A stretch of DNA of 56,037 bases, counting the filler, from Callorhinchus milii (Eukaryota): assembly GCF_018977255.1 (NCBI RefSeq). It is 2 parts of 2 records of this genome, joined end to end, with 100 filler letters (N's around TTAATTAATTAA, not from the genome) between each part and the next. Parts side by side here need not be neighbours in the genome. Positions count along the whole stretch, not along the records: positions 28,080 to 56,037 come from NW_024705682.1; 1 more part is not named here. One strand, 5' to 3'. A program made the position numbers and the translations under genes. Below are positions 34,001 through 46,150 of this stretch, one piece after another. The notes under the pieces were generated by a model, which did no database searches, was not told where the DNA came from, and worked only from the letters and a program-made list of their open reading frames with translations. Position 1 is the stretch's first letter. Every line of letters starts with the position of its first letter.

Positions 34001-37000
34001 GCATCAATAACAGAGGATTCTCTGACATACACTAATTCTCTACAACTGCCCTGAAGCAACCTCGACAGATACTGACTCTCTACCTTGTCATAATATCTTA
34101 ACTCTGGGTGAGAATTACATATGTTGTCTTCGTGCACTCTGGTAGGAGAGATCCTTCTCTTCTCAATTTTGCAGGTTGTGAGGTAGTAACCAATAGAGTA
34201 ACATTTCCCCAAACTAAAACCTCTTGCCAGTTCCTGAAATTCAGAGTTTGTATAATTAGTAATGTTAGAGTCAAGTGTCAGTGAAAACTCCAAATCTCAA
34301 CAACTCTGGTTCATCTCCACCTCCTCCCTTTTATGCCTCAAATGTGCCCAAGAGACTTTTACCCAATCAGTCCTGAGCACTTGGAACCCCTCTATGATCC
34401 CAAACATTCACCGTATTTTGATTAGCCCTTTACTACCTCACAACCTGCACTGAACCAACTCAGACAAACTAATGATCGACAACTGCTCTAAACCATCCTC
34501 GGCACAAACCGACTCTCAGCCACTAAACTGGACAGACACTGGCTCTGGGTAAATAAACTAAACCAACCTTCACACAGCTACTGTACAACCAAAACCAAGC
34601 AAATCACTGTCTTAAGATTATAACAGATACCATCAAATCTGATTTTACACCAAATAACTGGTGTCTGACCTCAATCTGTGATTCCTAAAAACTTGATGAA
34701 CTAAACCCTCAACCCAACCCGTGAGTTCAACACATTAATCCACCAACATCTCCCTGTCCTGTCCCTCAAACCCTAGTCTTCATTACTGATGACTTCTCAT
34801 CTCAACCTCCAGTGTGAACCAGAGTTTGGCTCATATGTGTTCAGTTGTCAGACATACTGCACGATGTCCACATAGTGTTGCCAAACCTCTGGAGTGTGGA
34901 AAGAGAAAGAGATACCACCTTTGCCATCAACACTGGTTTCCCACTAGTACAGACTTACCTTATCCTCCACGAGTCCCAAGGTGCTAGAGGGAGAAACAGG
35001 GCGTGAGCTTCAGTCATCAGCGTTTGGATCCCATTAGCACAGACTTGACTTCGGTTGACACCTGACATGATGTTGTTCGCAGACCGGCATTGGCTCCAGG
35101 ACAATCTTGGAACAGCTGAAGGAATCCCAGCAAAGCAACAACAGACTTACAGAAGCCTCGTAAAACCTGGAAGAATAACAGTGCAGACAGAGAGTGTTTC
35201 CATTATTACACTTACCTTACACAAATCTCAAGTTGCTGGAAGGAAAGAGGACACAAATATCTTAATGTTTCCAAAAAAACTTACTCTGTAGTCCAACGTA
35301 GTACAACCTGCCCAAGTCAAGCTCTCCTGTAAATAAATTTGTTGCGTGCCCACACTGAACCAGCCTTGACACTGACCAACTCATCAAATACACTGAAACA
35401 AACTCAGCATAAATTACAGTGATAACTGCATAGAGGATTCTCTGACAAACCAACTCAGCAGCACAAAGCCAGCCCCGACTCACCCTCACCAACCCTGGCA
35501 CCCACTGACTCAAACTAATCTACACCGAACCTGTCCTGACACAAACCAACTCTCCTGAGCTTCACTGATCAAATCCACAGAAATCCATTCTCAACAACTG
35601 CACTGAGGCCCTGACACAGACTGACTCTAGTAACCAACCCTGGCCCTACTCACTAAACTAACTGCACTGAACCTGCCCTGACACAAGCCAACTCTCAAAC
35701 AGCCTCTCAACTAAACCCCAACAAACCCAACTCTCAACTACACGAAAGAAACAGACAGAAAACAACTCTCAACAACGGGACTGAACTCACCCTCACAAAC
35801 CCAACTCTGAACAAATCTCAGCAGAAACTGATTCGACAACTACACTAAAACAGTCTGAACAGAACCTGACTCGTGGCAGCTACGCTGACCCAGACCCGGC
35901 AGCGACTGACTCTCGGCAGCTACACATTGCCGGTTACTAGCAAACCAGCCGTGCAAACTGCTCTGACCCAGCCCTGGCAGCGACTGACCCGAAGCAACTG
36001 CACTGAGCCAGGCCTGAAAGACTCTAACCCTCAACAACTGCACTCGACCGACCTCAAACAGTCACTGACTCTACACCTGCCCTGAACCAACTCGCACACA
36101 AACTGATGCTCCACAACCAACCCGACACAAACTGACTCTCAGCCACTAAACCCAACCGACCTTGACAGACACTGGCTCTGGGCAAATAAACCAACCTTCA
36201 CATAGCTACTCTATATTACCCAACAACAAACAAATTCACTCTGATCTCAGATCAAACTATTGTAATGGGTGTTAGCAAATCTAACCTTACACCATCTAAC
36301 TACAGTGTCTGACCTCAATCTCTGCGATTCATACAATCTGTACCAATTAATTCTACCCTCGATCCATATTAACCCAGCAACATCTCCCCATCCTGCCCTC
36401 TCAAACCCTGGTCTCTGTTACTAACAACTTCTAATCTCAACCTACAATGTAAACCAAAGATTGGCTCGTATGTGCTCAGATGTCAGACATCCTGTAGGAT
36501 GTCCACATATGTTGCCAAATCTCTGGAGTGTGGAAAATTACGAGAGAGAAAGAGATACAACCTTTGCCGTCATTGCAGGTTTCCCATGAGTACAGACCTG
36601 TCTTATCCTCCACAAGTCCCAAGGTGCTAGAGAGCAAGAAACGGGGCGTGAACTTCAGTCGTCACCATAAGGTTTCCAGGAATCTTCACTTACCATGTAG
36701 TCCAAAACGTCCAAGTCAGACACCGCTCTAGACTAATAGGCTGTTTACCTATATTGAAACAGCCCCAACACAAACCAACTCTACACTGAACCAATCTCAG
36801 GATAAAACGCATCAATAACAGAGGATTCTCTGACATACACTAATTCTCTACAACTGCCCTGAACCAACCTTGACAGACACCAACCACACACCTTGTCACG
36901 GTATCTTATCGCTGGCTGAGAATTACATGCTGTTTAAGTGCACTCTTGAAGGAGACATCCTTTTCTTCACAATTTTGCAGGTTGTGAGGCAGTAACCATT

Positions 37001-40000
37001 AGAGTAACATTACCCCAAACCTCTTACAAGTTCCTGAAATTCAGAGTTTGTATAATTAGTAATGTGTTAGTGAAAACTCCAAACCTCAACCACTCTGGTT
37101 CATCTCCACCTCCTCCCTTTTATACCTCAAATGTGCCCAAGATTTTTTTTACCCCATCAGTCTTGAGCACCTGGGACACCTCTTGGTGATCCCAAATATT
37201 CACCCCATCTTTTTAGTCCGTCACTACCTCACAACCTGCACTGAACTAACTCAGACACAAACTATTGATCGAAACTGCTCCAAACCATCCCCGGCACAAA
37301 CTGACTCTCAGCCATTCAACTGAACCAACCTGGACAGACACTGGCTCTGGGCGAACCAACCTTGACACAGCTACTCTATGCTACCGAAAACCAAGCAAAT
37401 TTGCTGTCTCATCAGAAAATTATAATAGATTCCATTTAATCTGATTTTACACCATCCAACTACAGTGCCTAACCTCAATCTCTTGCTGCAACTGGTGAGA
37501 CCACAGCTAGAATATTGCGTGCAGTTTTCGTCTCCTTATTTAAGAAAGGACGTACTCACCTTGGAGGTGGTATGACAGATTCACTAGGTTGGTACCAGGG
37601 ATGAGGGGGATGAGTTATGAGGATAGTTTCAGCAATTTAGGCCTACATACTCTAGAATATAGAAGAATGAAAGGTGATCTAATAGAAACCTATAAGATTA
37701 TTAAGGAGTTTGACAGAATAGATAGTGGGAGACTTTTTCCCCTGGTTGGAGAAACTATAACCAGGGGTCACAGTCTTAAAATTCAGGGTTAGCCCTTTTG
37801 CACTGAGATGAGGAAAAACTTCTTCACTCAGAGGATAGTGAACTTGTGGAATTCTCTACCCCAAAGGGCTTTAGATGCTCAGTCCTTGAACATATTCAAC
37901 ACTTGAGATTGATAGATTTCTTGTGGATAAAGGGATATGGGGATAAGGCGGGCGGATGGAGCTAGAATAGATCAGCTATGATCTTATTGAATGGTGGGGC
38001 AGACGAGAGGGGCCGAATGGCCTACTCCTAATTCTTATGTTCTTAATCTCAGATTCCTACAATCCATGTCTATGAGTTAAACCCTTGACCCAAGCTGTGA
38101 GCTGAACATATTAATCCATCAACATCTCCCTGTCCTGTTGCTATCAAACCCAAGTCTGTTACTAACGACATCTCATCTCAACCTCCAGTATGAACCAGAG
38201 TTTGGCTCATATGTGTTTGGATGTCAGACATCCTGCATGATGTCCACATAGTGTTGCCAAACCTCTGGAGTGTGGAAAGCTGTGAGTGAGAAAGAAACCA
38301 CCTTCGCTGTCATCGCAGGGTTCCCACAGGTACAGACTCATTGCAAACTCCATTAGTCCCAAGGAGCTAGAGAGAGAGAGAAAAAAAACAGGGTGTGAGC
38401 TTTAGTCGTCAGTGCTTGGTTCCCATTTGTACAGACTTGGCTTTGGGTGACAACTGGAATGATGTTGTTCATAGACCTGCATTGGCTCCAGGACAAGCTT
38501 GAAATAGTTAAAGAAATCTCAGCAAAGCAACACATTTACAGGAGCCTCACAAAACCTGGAATAATAACAGTGCAGACAGAGAGTGTTTCTGCTATCACAC
38601 TAACCTTACCTCCCACATTTCCCAAGTTGTTGGAAAGAAAGAGGACACAAATATCCTAAGGTTTCCGCAAATTCACACTTGCCCTATAGTCCAAAGTATT
38701 TCAACGAGCCTGATCCAAGCTCACCTGTAAATAAATTAGTTGTGCCCCTACACTGAACCAGCCCTGACACTGACCAAATCTCATCAAATACACTGAACCA
38801 ATCTCAACAAGAATTGCCTCGATAACTACATGAAGGATTCTGACAAATTAACTCAGCAACACAAAGCCAGTCCCATCTCACAACACCTCAACTTCACTAA
38901 ACCAGCCCCAATACAAACCAACTTGTGAACTTCACTGATCAAATCCACAGAAATTCATTCTCAACAATTCTACTAAACCAACCCTCGCCCCACTCATTAA
39001 ATTACACTGCAACTGCACTGAAGCTGCCTTGAGACAAGCGAACTCTCAAACACTCTCAACTAAACCAACTTTCAACTACATTAAGAAACCAACTCTCAAC
39101 ATCTGGACTGAACTCACCCTGACAAGCCCAACTCCAAACGAATCTCAGCATAAACTCACTCCACAACTACACTAAACCAGTCTGGACAGAACCTGACTCG
39201 TGGCAGCCACACTGACCCAGACCCGGCAGCGACTGACTCTCGGCAGCTACACGTTGCCGGTCACTAGCAAACCAGCCGTGCAAACTGCTCCGACCCAGCC
39301 CTGGCAGCGACTGACCCGAGGCAACTGCACTGAGCCAGGCCTGAAAGACTCTAACCCTCAACCGACCTCGACAGACAGTCACTTGCCCTGAACCAACTCA
39401 CAAACTGATGCTCCACAACCAGCCCCAACACAAACTGACTCTCAGCCACTAAACCCAACCAACCTTGACAGACACTGGCTATGGGCAAATAAGCCAACCT
39501 CCACACAGTGACTCTATATTACCCAACAACACAAATTCACTCTGAACTCAGATCAAACTATTGTAATAGATGTTATCAAATCTAATACCGTCTAACTATA
39601 GTGTCAGACTTCAATCTCTGCGATTCATGCAATCTGTACCAATTAATTCTACTCTGGATCCAAAATGTCACCGCACCACATTAACCCAGCAACATCTGCC
39701 CATCCTGTCCCTCTCAAACCCTTGTCTGTTATTAACTACTTCTAATCTCACCCTTCAGTGAGAACCAGAGATTGGCTCATTTGTGTTCCGATGACAGACA
39801 TCCTGCAGCATGGTGTCCACATCGGGTTGCCAAACCTCTGGAGTGTGGAAAGGTGCAAGAGAGAAAGATACAACCTTTGCCATCATCACTGGGTTGGTTT
39901 GCACAAGTACAGACTTACCTTATCCTCCACGTGTCCCAAGGAGCTAGAGACAGAGAAACAGGGCATGAGCTTCAGTTGTCCCCCTAAGGTTTCCAGGAAT

Positions 40001-41222
40001 CTTCACTTACCATGTAGTCCAACGTAGTGCAACACATCCAAGTCAGACACCGCTCTAAACTAATAGAGTGTTTACCTATATTGAATCAGCCCGAACACAA
40101 ACCAACTCTACACTGAACCAATCTCGGGATAAAAAGTATCAATAACAATAACTGACAACACTAACTCTCTACAACTGCCCTGAACCAACCTTGACAGACA
40201 CCGACTCCACACCTTGTCACGTTATCTTATCACTGGCTGAGAATTACATGCTGTTTAAGTGCACTCTTGAAGGAGACATCCCTCTCTTCACAATTTTGCA
40301 GGTTGTGAGGTAGTAACCAATAGAGTAACCTTATCCCAGACTTAAATCTCTTACAAGTTGCTGAAATTCAGAGTTTGTATAATTAGTAATGTTAGAGTCA
40401 AGTGTCAGTGAAAACTCCAAACCTCAACAACTCTGGTTCATCTCCACCTCCTCCCTTTTATACCTCAAACGTGCCAAAGACACTTTTACCCAATCAATCC
40501 TGAGCACCTGGGACCCCTCTCTGTGATCCCAAACATTCACTTTATTTTGATTAGCCCTTTACTACCTCACAACCTGCACTGAACCAACTTGAACACAAAC
40601 TGATGATCGACAAGTGCTCCAAACCATCTGTCGCATAAACTGACGCTCAACCAGTAAACTGAACCTACCCGGACAGACACTGGGTCTGGGCAAACAAAAC
40701 CAACCTTCACACAGCTATTCGAGATTACCCAAAACCAAGCAAATTCACTGTCTAATCCAAAGATTATAACAGATACCATCAAATCTGATTTTACACCATC
40801 TAACAAAAGTGTATAACTTCAATCTCTGATATTACTGCAATCTGTGTCGATGAATTAAACCCTCGACTCAAACTGTGAGCTCAACACATTAATCCAGCAA
40901 GATCTCCTCCATCCTGTCCCTCTCAAACCCCAGTCTCTTTTATTAACGACTTCTAATCTCAATATCCAGTGCGAACCAGAGTTAAGACTCGTATGTTTGG
41001 ATGTCAGACATCCTGCATGAAGTCCACACAGTGTTGCCAAACCTCTGGAGTGTGGAATGGTGCAGGAAAGAACGATATACAACCTTTGCCATCATTACAG
41101 GGTTCCCACTAGTACAGACTTAACTTACCCTCCTTGAATCCCAAGGTGGTAGAGAGAGAAACAGGGCATTGGTTTCAGTCGACAGTTTTTGGTTCTCATT
41201 AGTACAGACTTGGCTTCCGGTG
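28080..41222. repeat. Tandem array of 1.3-kb and about 2.8-kb units, A/C-rich on plus strand
   Basis: Marker CGTGGCAGC at 29081, 30379, 31687, 33027, 35872 and 39199 (spacings 1298, 1308, 1340, 2845, 3327). Confidence 0.95.
37483..38044 (+). mobile_element. 5'-truncated CR1 LINE insertion with 6-bp target-site duplication
   Basis: LVRPQLEYCVQF, RRMKGDLIETYKII, TRGHSLKI and CR1 tail. AATCTC at 37477-37482 and 38045-38050. Confidence 0.95.
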
Positions 41223-41530
41223 ACAATAATCATAGCCTTGTATTTGATATACCGCTTATCATGTCTGACGTCTCAAAGCACTTCACAGAATGGACCATAA
41301 AGCGAATCGACTATTTATTTGTGGGGAAACGCAGCAGCCAATTGCGCACAGCAGCGTCCCACAAACAGTCGTGGATAGAAAATGACCAATTTATTATTGT
41401 TATGTTTTTTGGAGCGATTATTATTAGACGTGTGGAGTAAGGAAACTTATCCAAGATTTCACTCTGCCTGGAATTGAACCCAGGTATCACTTGCAAGTCA
41501 AGCGCTCTAACCACTGAACTACAGGATTCT
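41223..41530 (-). mobile_element. Near full-length tRNA-derived Deu-domain SINE
   Basis: Minus strand: A box TAGTTCAGTGG, B box GGTTCAATTCC, Deu core TTTGTGGGACGCTGCTGTGCGCAATTGGCTGC and L2-like tail. Confidence 0.88.
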
Positions 41531-41984
41531 ACCGAGCAACTGAGCTCAGCCCATTAATTACTTACATCTCCCACGGTTTTTAGCTGCATCTCATCTCCAA
41601 ACAATTCCTAGTTGGACATCTTTGACCAAAATCTAGATGATGATTTAAACACTAACACCGCAAAATAATAATTCTACATAACGATTCTGCCATCATCATC
41701 TCTGAGACGAGTTAGACAATAAAAAGAAAAGCCAGACTGTTCAAGAGTTATTTACAATCTCCATTAAACAGATGGATGGCAACAAGGTCTTTAAAGTTCA
41801 AAGGTGAGAAAACAAAAAGTGATAAATAACTGAGTTTCTCCAGAAAGATAAACAGTTTAAGAAAAAAAACTAAAAAGCAAACAACAACACCATTGGGCAT
41901 ATAGGCAAGTGAGGAGAGTTACACCAATAAGTGTCTGACAAATACACATAATATAAAAATAAAACAAGTTAAAAACAAAGTCAG

Positions 41985-42245
41985 CTTAAAGGGTCTAATG
42001 TAATAGTCATTGCAGAGACCTGTCTACAAGCCAGAAATTACTGGGAGCTAAATATTCCAGGCTGTGAGATCTTCAGAAAGGATAAGGAAATTGGGAAAGG
42101 AGGAAGAGCAATATGGATAATACTCAAGTACACCAGTAGATAGAAAGGACTTTAGTAAAGGTGATCAGGCTGTGGAAACACTATGGGTAGAATTAAAGAA
42201 CAGTAAAGGAGGAAAGACTCTGGTAGGAGTTGTCTACAGACTCTT
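41985..42245 (+). mobile_element. CR1 APE endonuclease-domain fragment
   Basis: VIVIAETCL..WELNIPGCEIFRKDKEIGKGG..VETLWVELKNSKGGKTLVGVVYR with a frameshift. Confidence 0.88.
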
Positions 42246-42466
42246 GACAGAAACAAAACTGCAATTGGTTTTGAGATAAATTACACAATAAAAGGAGAAG
42301 CTAAACTGACCAAGAGTTGCTGACAATTCATATAGAGAGCAGGTGGACAGTGATGATGTCTCTGAAGCTCACAGGGCTGACAACACCAAAATTTGGACAA
42401 TTTCCCTTCACAAACATTACTGCCAATTTACAGCCCACCAGAAAGTTCCCACAAATACAGACTTAC

Positions 42467-42700
42467 CTGATGTAGCCCATAGAAAGACCAGCCTGAGCCA
42501 AGCTCCACCACACGCAAACTGACTATTTCACTGCTCTGAACCACAAACCTCCACCAATTCATCTGCTCTCTCTGAGCTGATGAGATGACTCCTTTCTCCA
42601 ATGGTTTGACTAAGCTCAGCCTCCGGGTTAAATACCCAAAGGTTCAGGTTTGACATGTGACCAATGAGCGAACCACATTCCTCACGAGGTCCAGTTGAAA
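42467..42700 (-). promoter_or_regulatory. Candidate promoter and first exon for the minus-strand array transcript
   Basis: CAG|GTAAGT donor at 42467/42466 after a diverged copy of the 40-nt exon that lacks its acceptor. TATTTAA (minus) at 42628-42634; CCAAT at 42598 and 42661. Confidence 0.35.
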
Positions 42701-43999
42701 GTCCTCCCTTCACAGCTGGAAACGGTCAGTATCATCACTTGGGCTGTTGGCTATTGGATGGTTCAGAGAATTCACAGGGTTTATATTCATTACTTTAGAG
42801 CATTTACCTTTTTCTAGAATTTCCTATTGAATGCTTCAGAGACACCATCAAACACACCATCAAATCAGATCACGAACACTAAAAGGTATGAGAAAGAAGG
42901 AGAAAGATTGCAATGGAGAGAAGATGTAATAGACAGAAGGTGTGATAGACAAAAGGAGAAAGATTGTGATAGAGAGAGTTAGTGTGTTAGAAAGACTGGA
43001 ATAGAGAGAGAAAGTGTGAAAGAGAGAAAGAGAAACTTTGCGATAGAGAGAGAAAGTGTGTTAGAAAGATTGGAATAGAGAGGGACAAAGTATCATAGAG
43101 AGAATGATTGCAATAGAGAGAAAAACGATTCTGGTAAACAGAAAGTGTGATAGAGAGGAGAGAGATGGCAGTAGAGAGAAAGTCTGACAGAGAACATGTG
43201 ATAGAGAAGGAGAAAGATTGTAATCAAAAGAAGGAGAAAGACTGAAATAAAGAGAGAGAGTGTGTGTGAAAGAGAGGACAAAGATTGGAACAAAGAGAGA
43301 GTGCGGTAAGGAGTGATAGAGAAGGAAAAGGTTGTAATAGAGAGAACAAATGTGATAGAGTGAAAGTGTGTTAGAAAAAAGGAGAAAGATTCGAATAGAG
43401 AGACAAAGTACGATAGAGAGCAGAAAGATTGCATTAGAGACAGACAGTGCGATAGAAAGAAAGAGAAAGATTGTGATAGAGGGAGAGAAAGTGTGAAGGG
43501 GAAAAGGAGAAAGGTTGCAACAGATACAGAGCAATTGTTACAGAGACAAGGAAAAAAGTTGAAAAAAAGGAAATGTGAGAGAGGGGGAAAATCGGGATAC
43601 AGAAGGAGAAAGATTGCGATAGAGAGAAAGTGTGAAAGAGAGAAGGAAAAAGATTGCAAAGAAAGTGTGACACAGAAGGAGAACGATTGCAATAGAGAGA
43701 AAGTGATACAGAAAGAGAACGATTCTGATAGAGAGAGAAAGCATAATAGAGAGACGCAGAAAGAATGGATAAAGAAGAAATGAGAGAGAGGAGGAAAATT
43801 GGGCGACAGAAGGAGAGCGACAGAGAGAGAAAGTGTGTTAGAAGGATTGGAATAGAGAGAGACAAAGTGCAATAGACAGGAGAAAGATTCTGATAGAAAG
43901 AGTGATAGAGGGGACAGAGATCAAAATAGAGAGAAAGTGTGATAGAAAACAGAAAGATTGGAATAGAGGGAAAGTGTGAAAGAGAGAAGAAAGATTGTG

Positions 44000-44160
44000 A
44001 TAATAATAATAATAATAATAATCCTTGCATTTGATATAGCGCTTTTCACGTCGGGAGGACATCCCAAAGCGCTTCACAGAATAGACTGTAAAGTGAATTG
44101 ACTGTATATTTGTGGGCAAACGCGGCAGCCAATTGCGCACAGCAATGTCCCACAAACAAA
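44000..44160 (-). mobile_element. Deu-domain SINE 3' part
   Basis: (AAT)n followed by the reverse complement of the SINE tail and Deu core. Confidence 0.85.
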
Positions 44161-45932
44161 TAGAGAGAGAGTGTGATGGAGAGAAGGAGCAAGATTGCAA
44201 TAAAGACAAAGTGTGATCGGGAGAGAAAGTGTGTTGAAGAAGGAGAAAGATTGCAATGCAGAGAGAGAAAGTGTGATAGAGAAGAGAAAGAATGCGATAG
44301 ATTCTGAAAGGAGTGAGAGAGAGGGCAACGTTTGTAATAGAGAGAGACAAAGTATGATGGACAGAAGGAGAAAGATTGCATTAGAGAGTGAAAGTGTGAA
44401 AGAGGAAAAAGTTTGTGATAAAGAAAAGGAAAAAGATTGCGATAGAGAGAAAGTGTGATAGAGAGCAGAACGATTGTAATAGAGTGAAAGTGATAGAGAG
44501 GAGAAAGATTGCAATAGAGGGAAAGAAAGATTGTAACAGAGAATAAGTGTAATAGAGAGGAGAAATGTATTGATAGAGAGAAAGTGTGACAGAGATGGAA
44601 AATGTTGTAATAGAGAGGAGAAAGATTCTGATAGAAAGAGTGATAGAGAGGGCAAAGATTGTAATAGAGAGAAAGTGTGACAGAGAGAAAGAGAACGATT
44701 CTGATAGAGAGAAAGTGTTAGAAAGATTGTGATAGAGAGAGAGAGAAAGTGTAACAGAAGCAGAAAAATTGGATAAAGAAGAAATGTGAGAGAGAGGAGG
44801 AATTTTGGGCGACAGAAGGAGAGCGATAGAGAGAGAAAGTGTGTTAGAGGTTTGGAATAGAGAGAGAGAAAGTGTGATAGAGAGGAGAAAGATTCTGATA
44901 GAAAGAGAGATAGAGAGGGAAAAGTTTGTAATAGAGAGAAAGTGTGACAGAGTCGCAAAAGTTTGTAATAGAGGAGAAAGATTCTGATAGAAAGAGTCAG
45001 AGAGGAGAGAGATTAAAATAGAGAGAAAGTGTGACAGACGAGAAAGTTTTGAATAGAAGGAATGTGTGAAAGAGAGAAGTAAGATTGTGATGGAGAGAAA
45101 GTGTGATAGAGAGGAGAAGGATTACAACAGACAGTGTGCTAGAAAGAAGGAGAAAGATTGTGATAGAGAGAGAGAGAGAAAGTATAATAGAGAAGCAGAA
45201 AAATTGCGATAAAGAAGAAATGTGAGAGAGAGGAGGAAAATTGGGCGACAGAAGGAGAGCGATAGAGAGAGAGTGTTAGAAGGATTGGAATAGAGAGAGA
45301 GAAAGTGTGACAGAGAGGAGAAAGATTCTGATAGAAAGAGTGATAGAGAGGAGAGAGACTAAAATGGAGAGAAAATGCGATAGAGAGAAGGAGAAAGATT
45401 GTAATATACAGAGGTAAAGTACGACAGAGTGAGAAAGTGTGTGAGAAAGGAGAAAGATTGGAATAGAGAGAGAGAAAGTGTTAAAGAGAGGGAAAAAACT
45501 TGTAATAGAGAGCAAGTGTGATAGAGAGAAAGTGTGTTAGAAAGAAGGAGAAACACTGCGATGGCGAAAAGGAGAAATATTGTGATACACAGAATGTGCG
45601 ACAGAGATGGAAAAGGTTGTAATAGAGAGAAGGCGAAAGATTCTGATAGGAGTGAGAGAGGGCAACGTTTGTAATAGAGAGAGACAAAGTATGATGGAGA
45701 GAAGGAGAAAGATTCTGATAGAGAGAAATTGTGACAGACGGAAAAGGGTGTAATGAAGAGGAGAAAGATTCTGATAGAAAGAGTGATAGAGAGGGCAAAG
45801 ATTTAATAGAGAGAAAAAGTGTAATAGAGAGAAAGAGAACGATTCTGATAGAGAGAAAGTGTTAGAAAGGAGAAAGATTGTGATAGAGAGAGAGAAAGTG
45901 TAATAGAGAAGCACAAAAATTGGATAAAGAAG

Positions 45933-46150
45933 AAATAATAATAATAATAATAATCCTTGCATTTGATATAGCGCTTTTCACGTCGGGAGGACGTCCCAAA
46001 GCGCTTCACAGAACACACTGTAAAGTGAATTGACTGTATATTTGTGGGCGAACGCAGCAGCCAATTGCGCACAGTAATGTCCCACAAACAGTCGTAGATT
46101 GAAAATGACCAATTTTTTTTTATTGTTTTTTGGTTTGTTTGGAGGGATTA
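45933..46150 (-). mobile_element. Deu-domain SINE 3' part
   Basis: As 44000-44160 but longer. Duplicated with its flanks at 55400-55630. Confidence 0.85.

Larger units (their letters stand above)
28350..42600 (-). ncRNA. Candidate spliced long non-coding or small-RNA host transcript built from repeated micro-exons
   Basis: Repeated pyrimidine-tract YAG...GTAAGT units on the minus strand: 40-nt (28593-28632, 29871-29910, 31200-31239), 25-nt (29795-29819, 31123-31147, 33763-33787, 34959-34983, 39919-39943), 16-nt (35151-35166). Also 82-nt (30964-31045) and 150-nt (34084-34233) units with weaker donors. No consistently open frame. Confidence 0.5.

Noticed and set aside
34170..34200. let-7/miR-98 gene (TGAGGTAGTAA)
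   Set aside because: Only the first 11 nt match; the rest differs and there is no local pre-miRNA hairpin.
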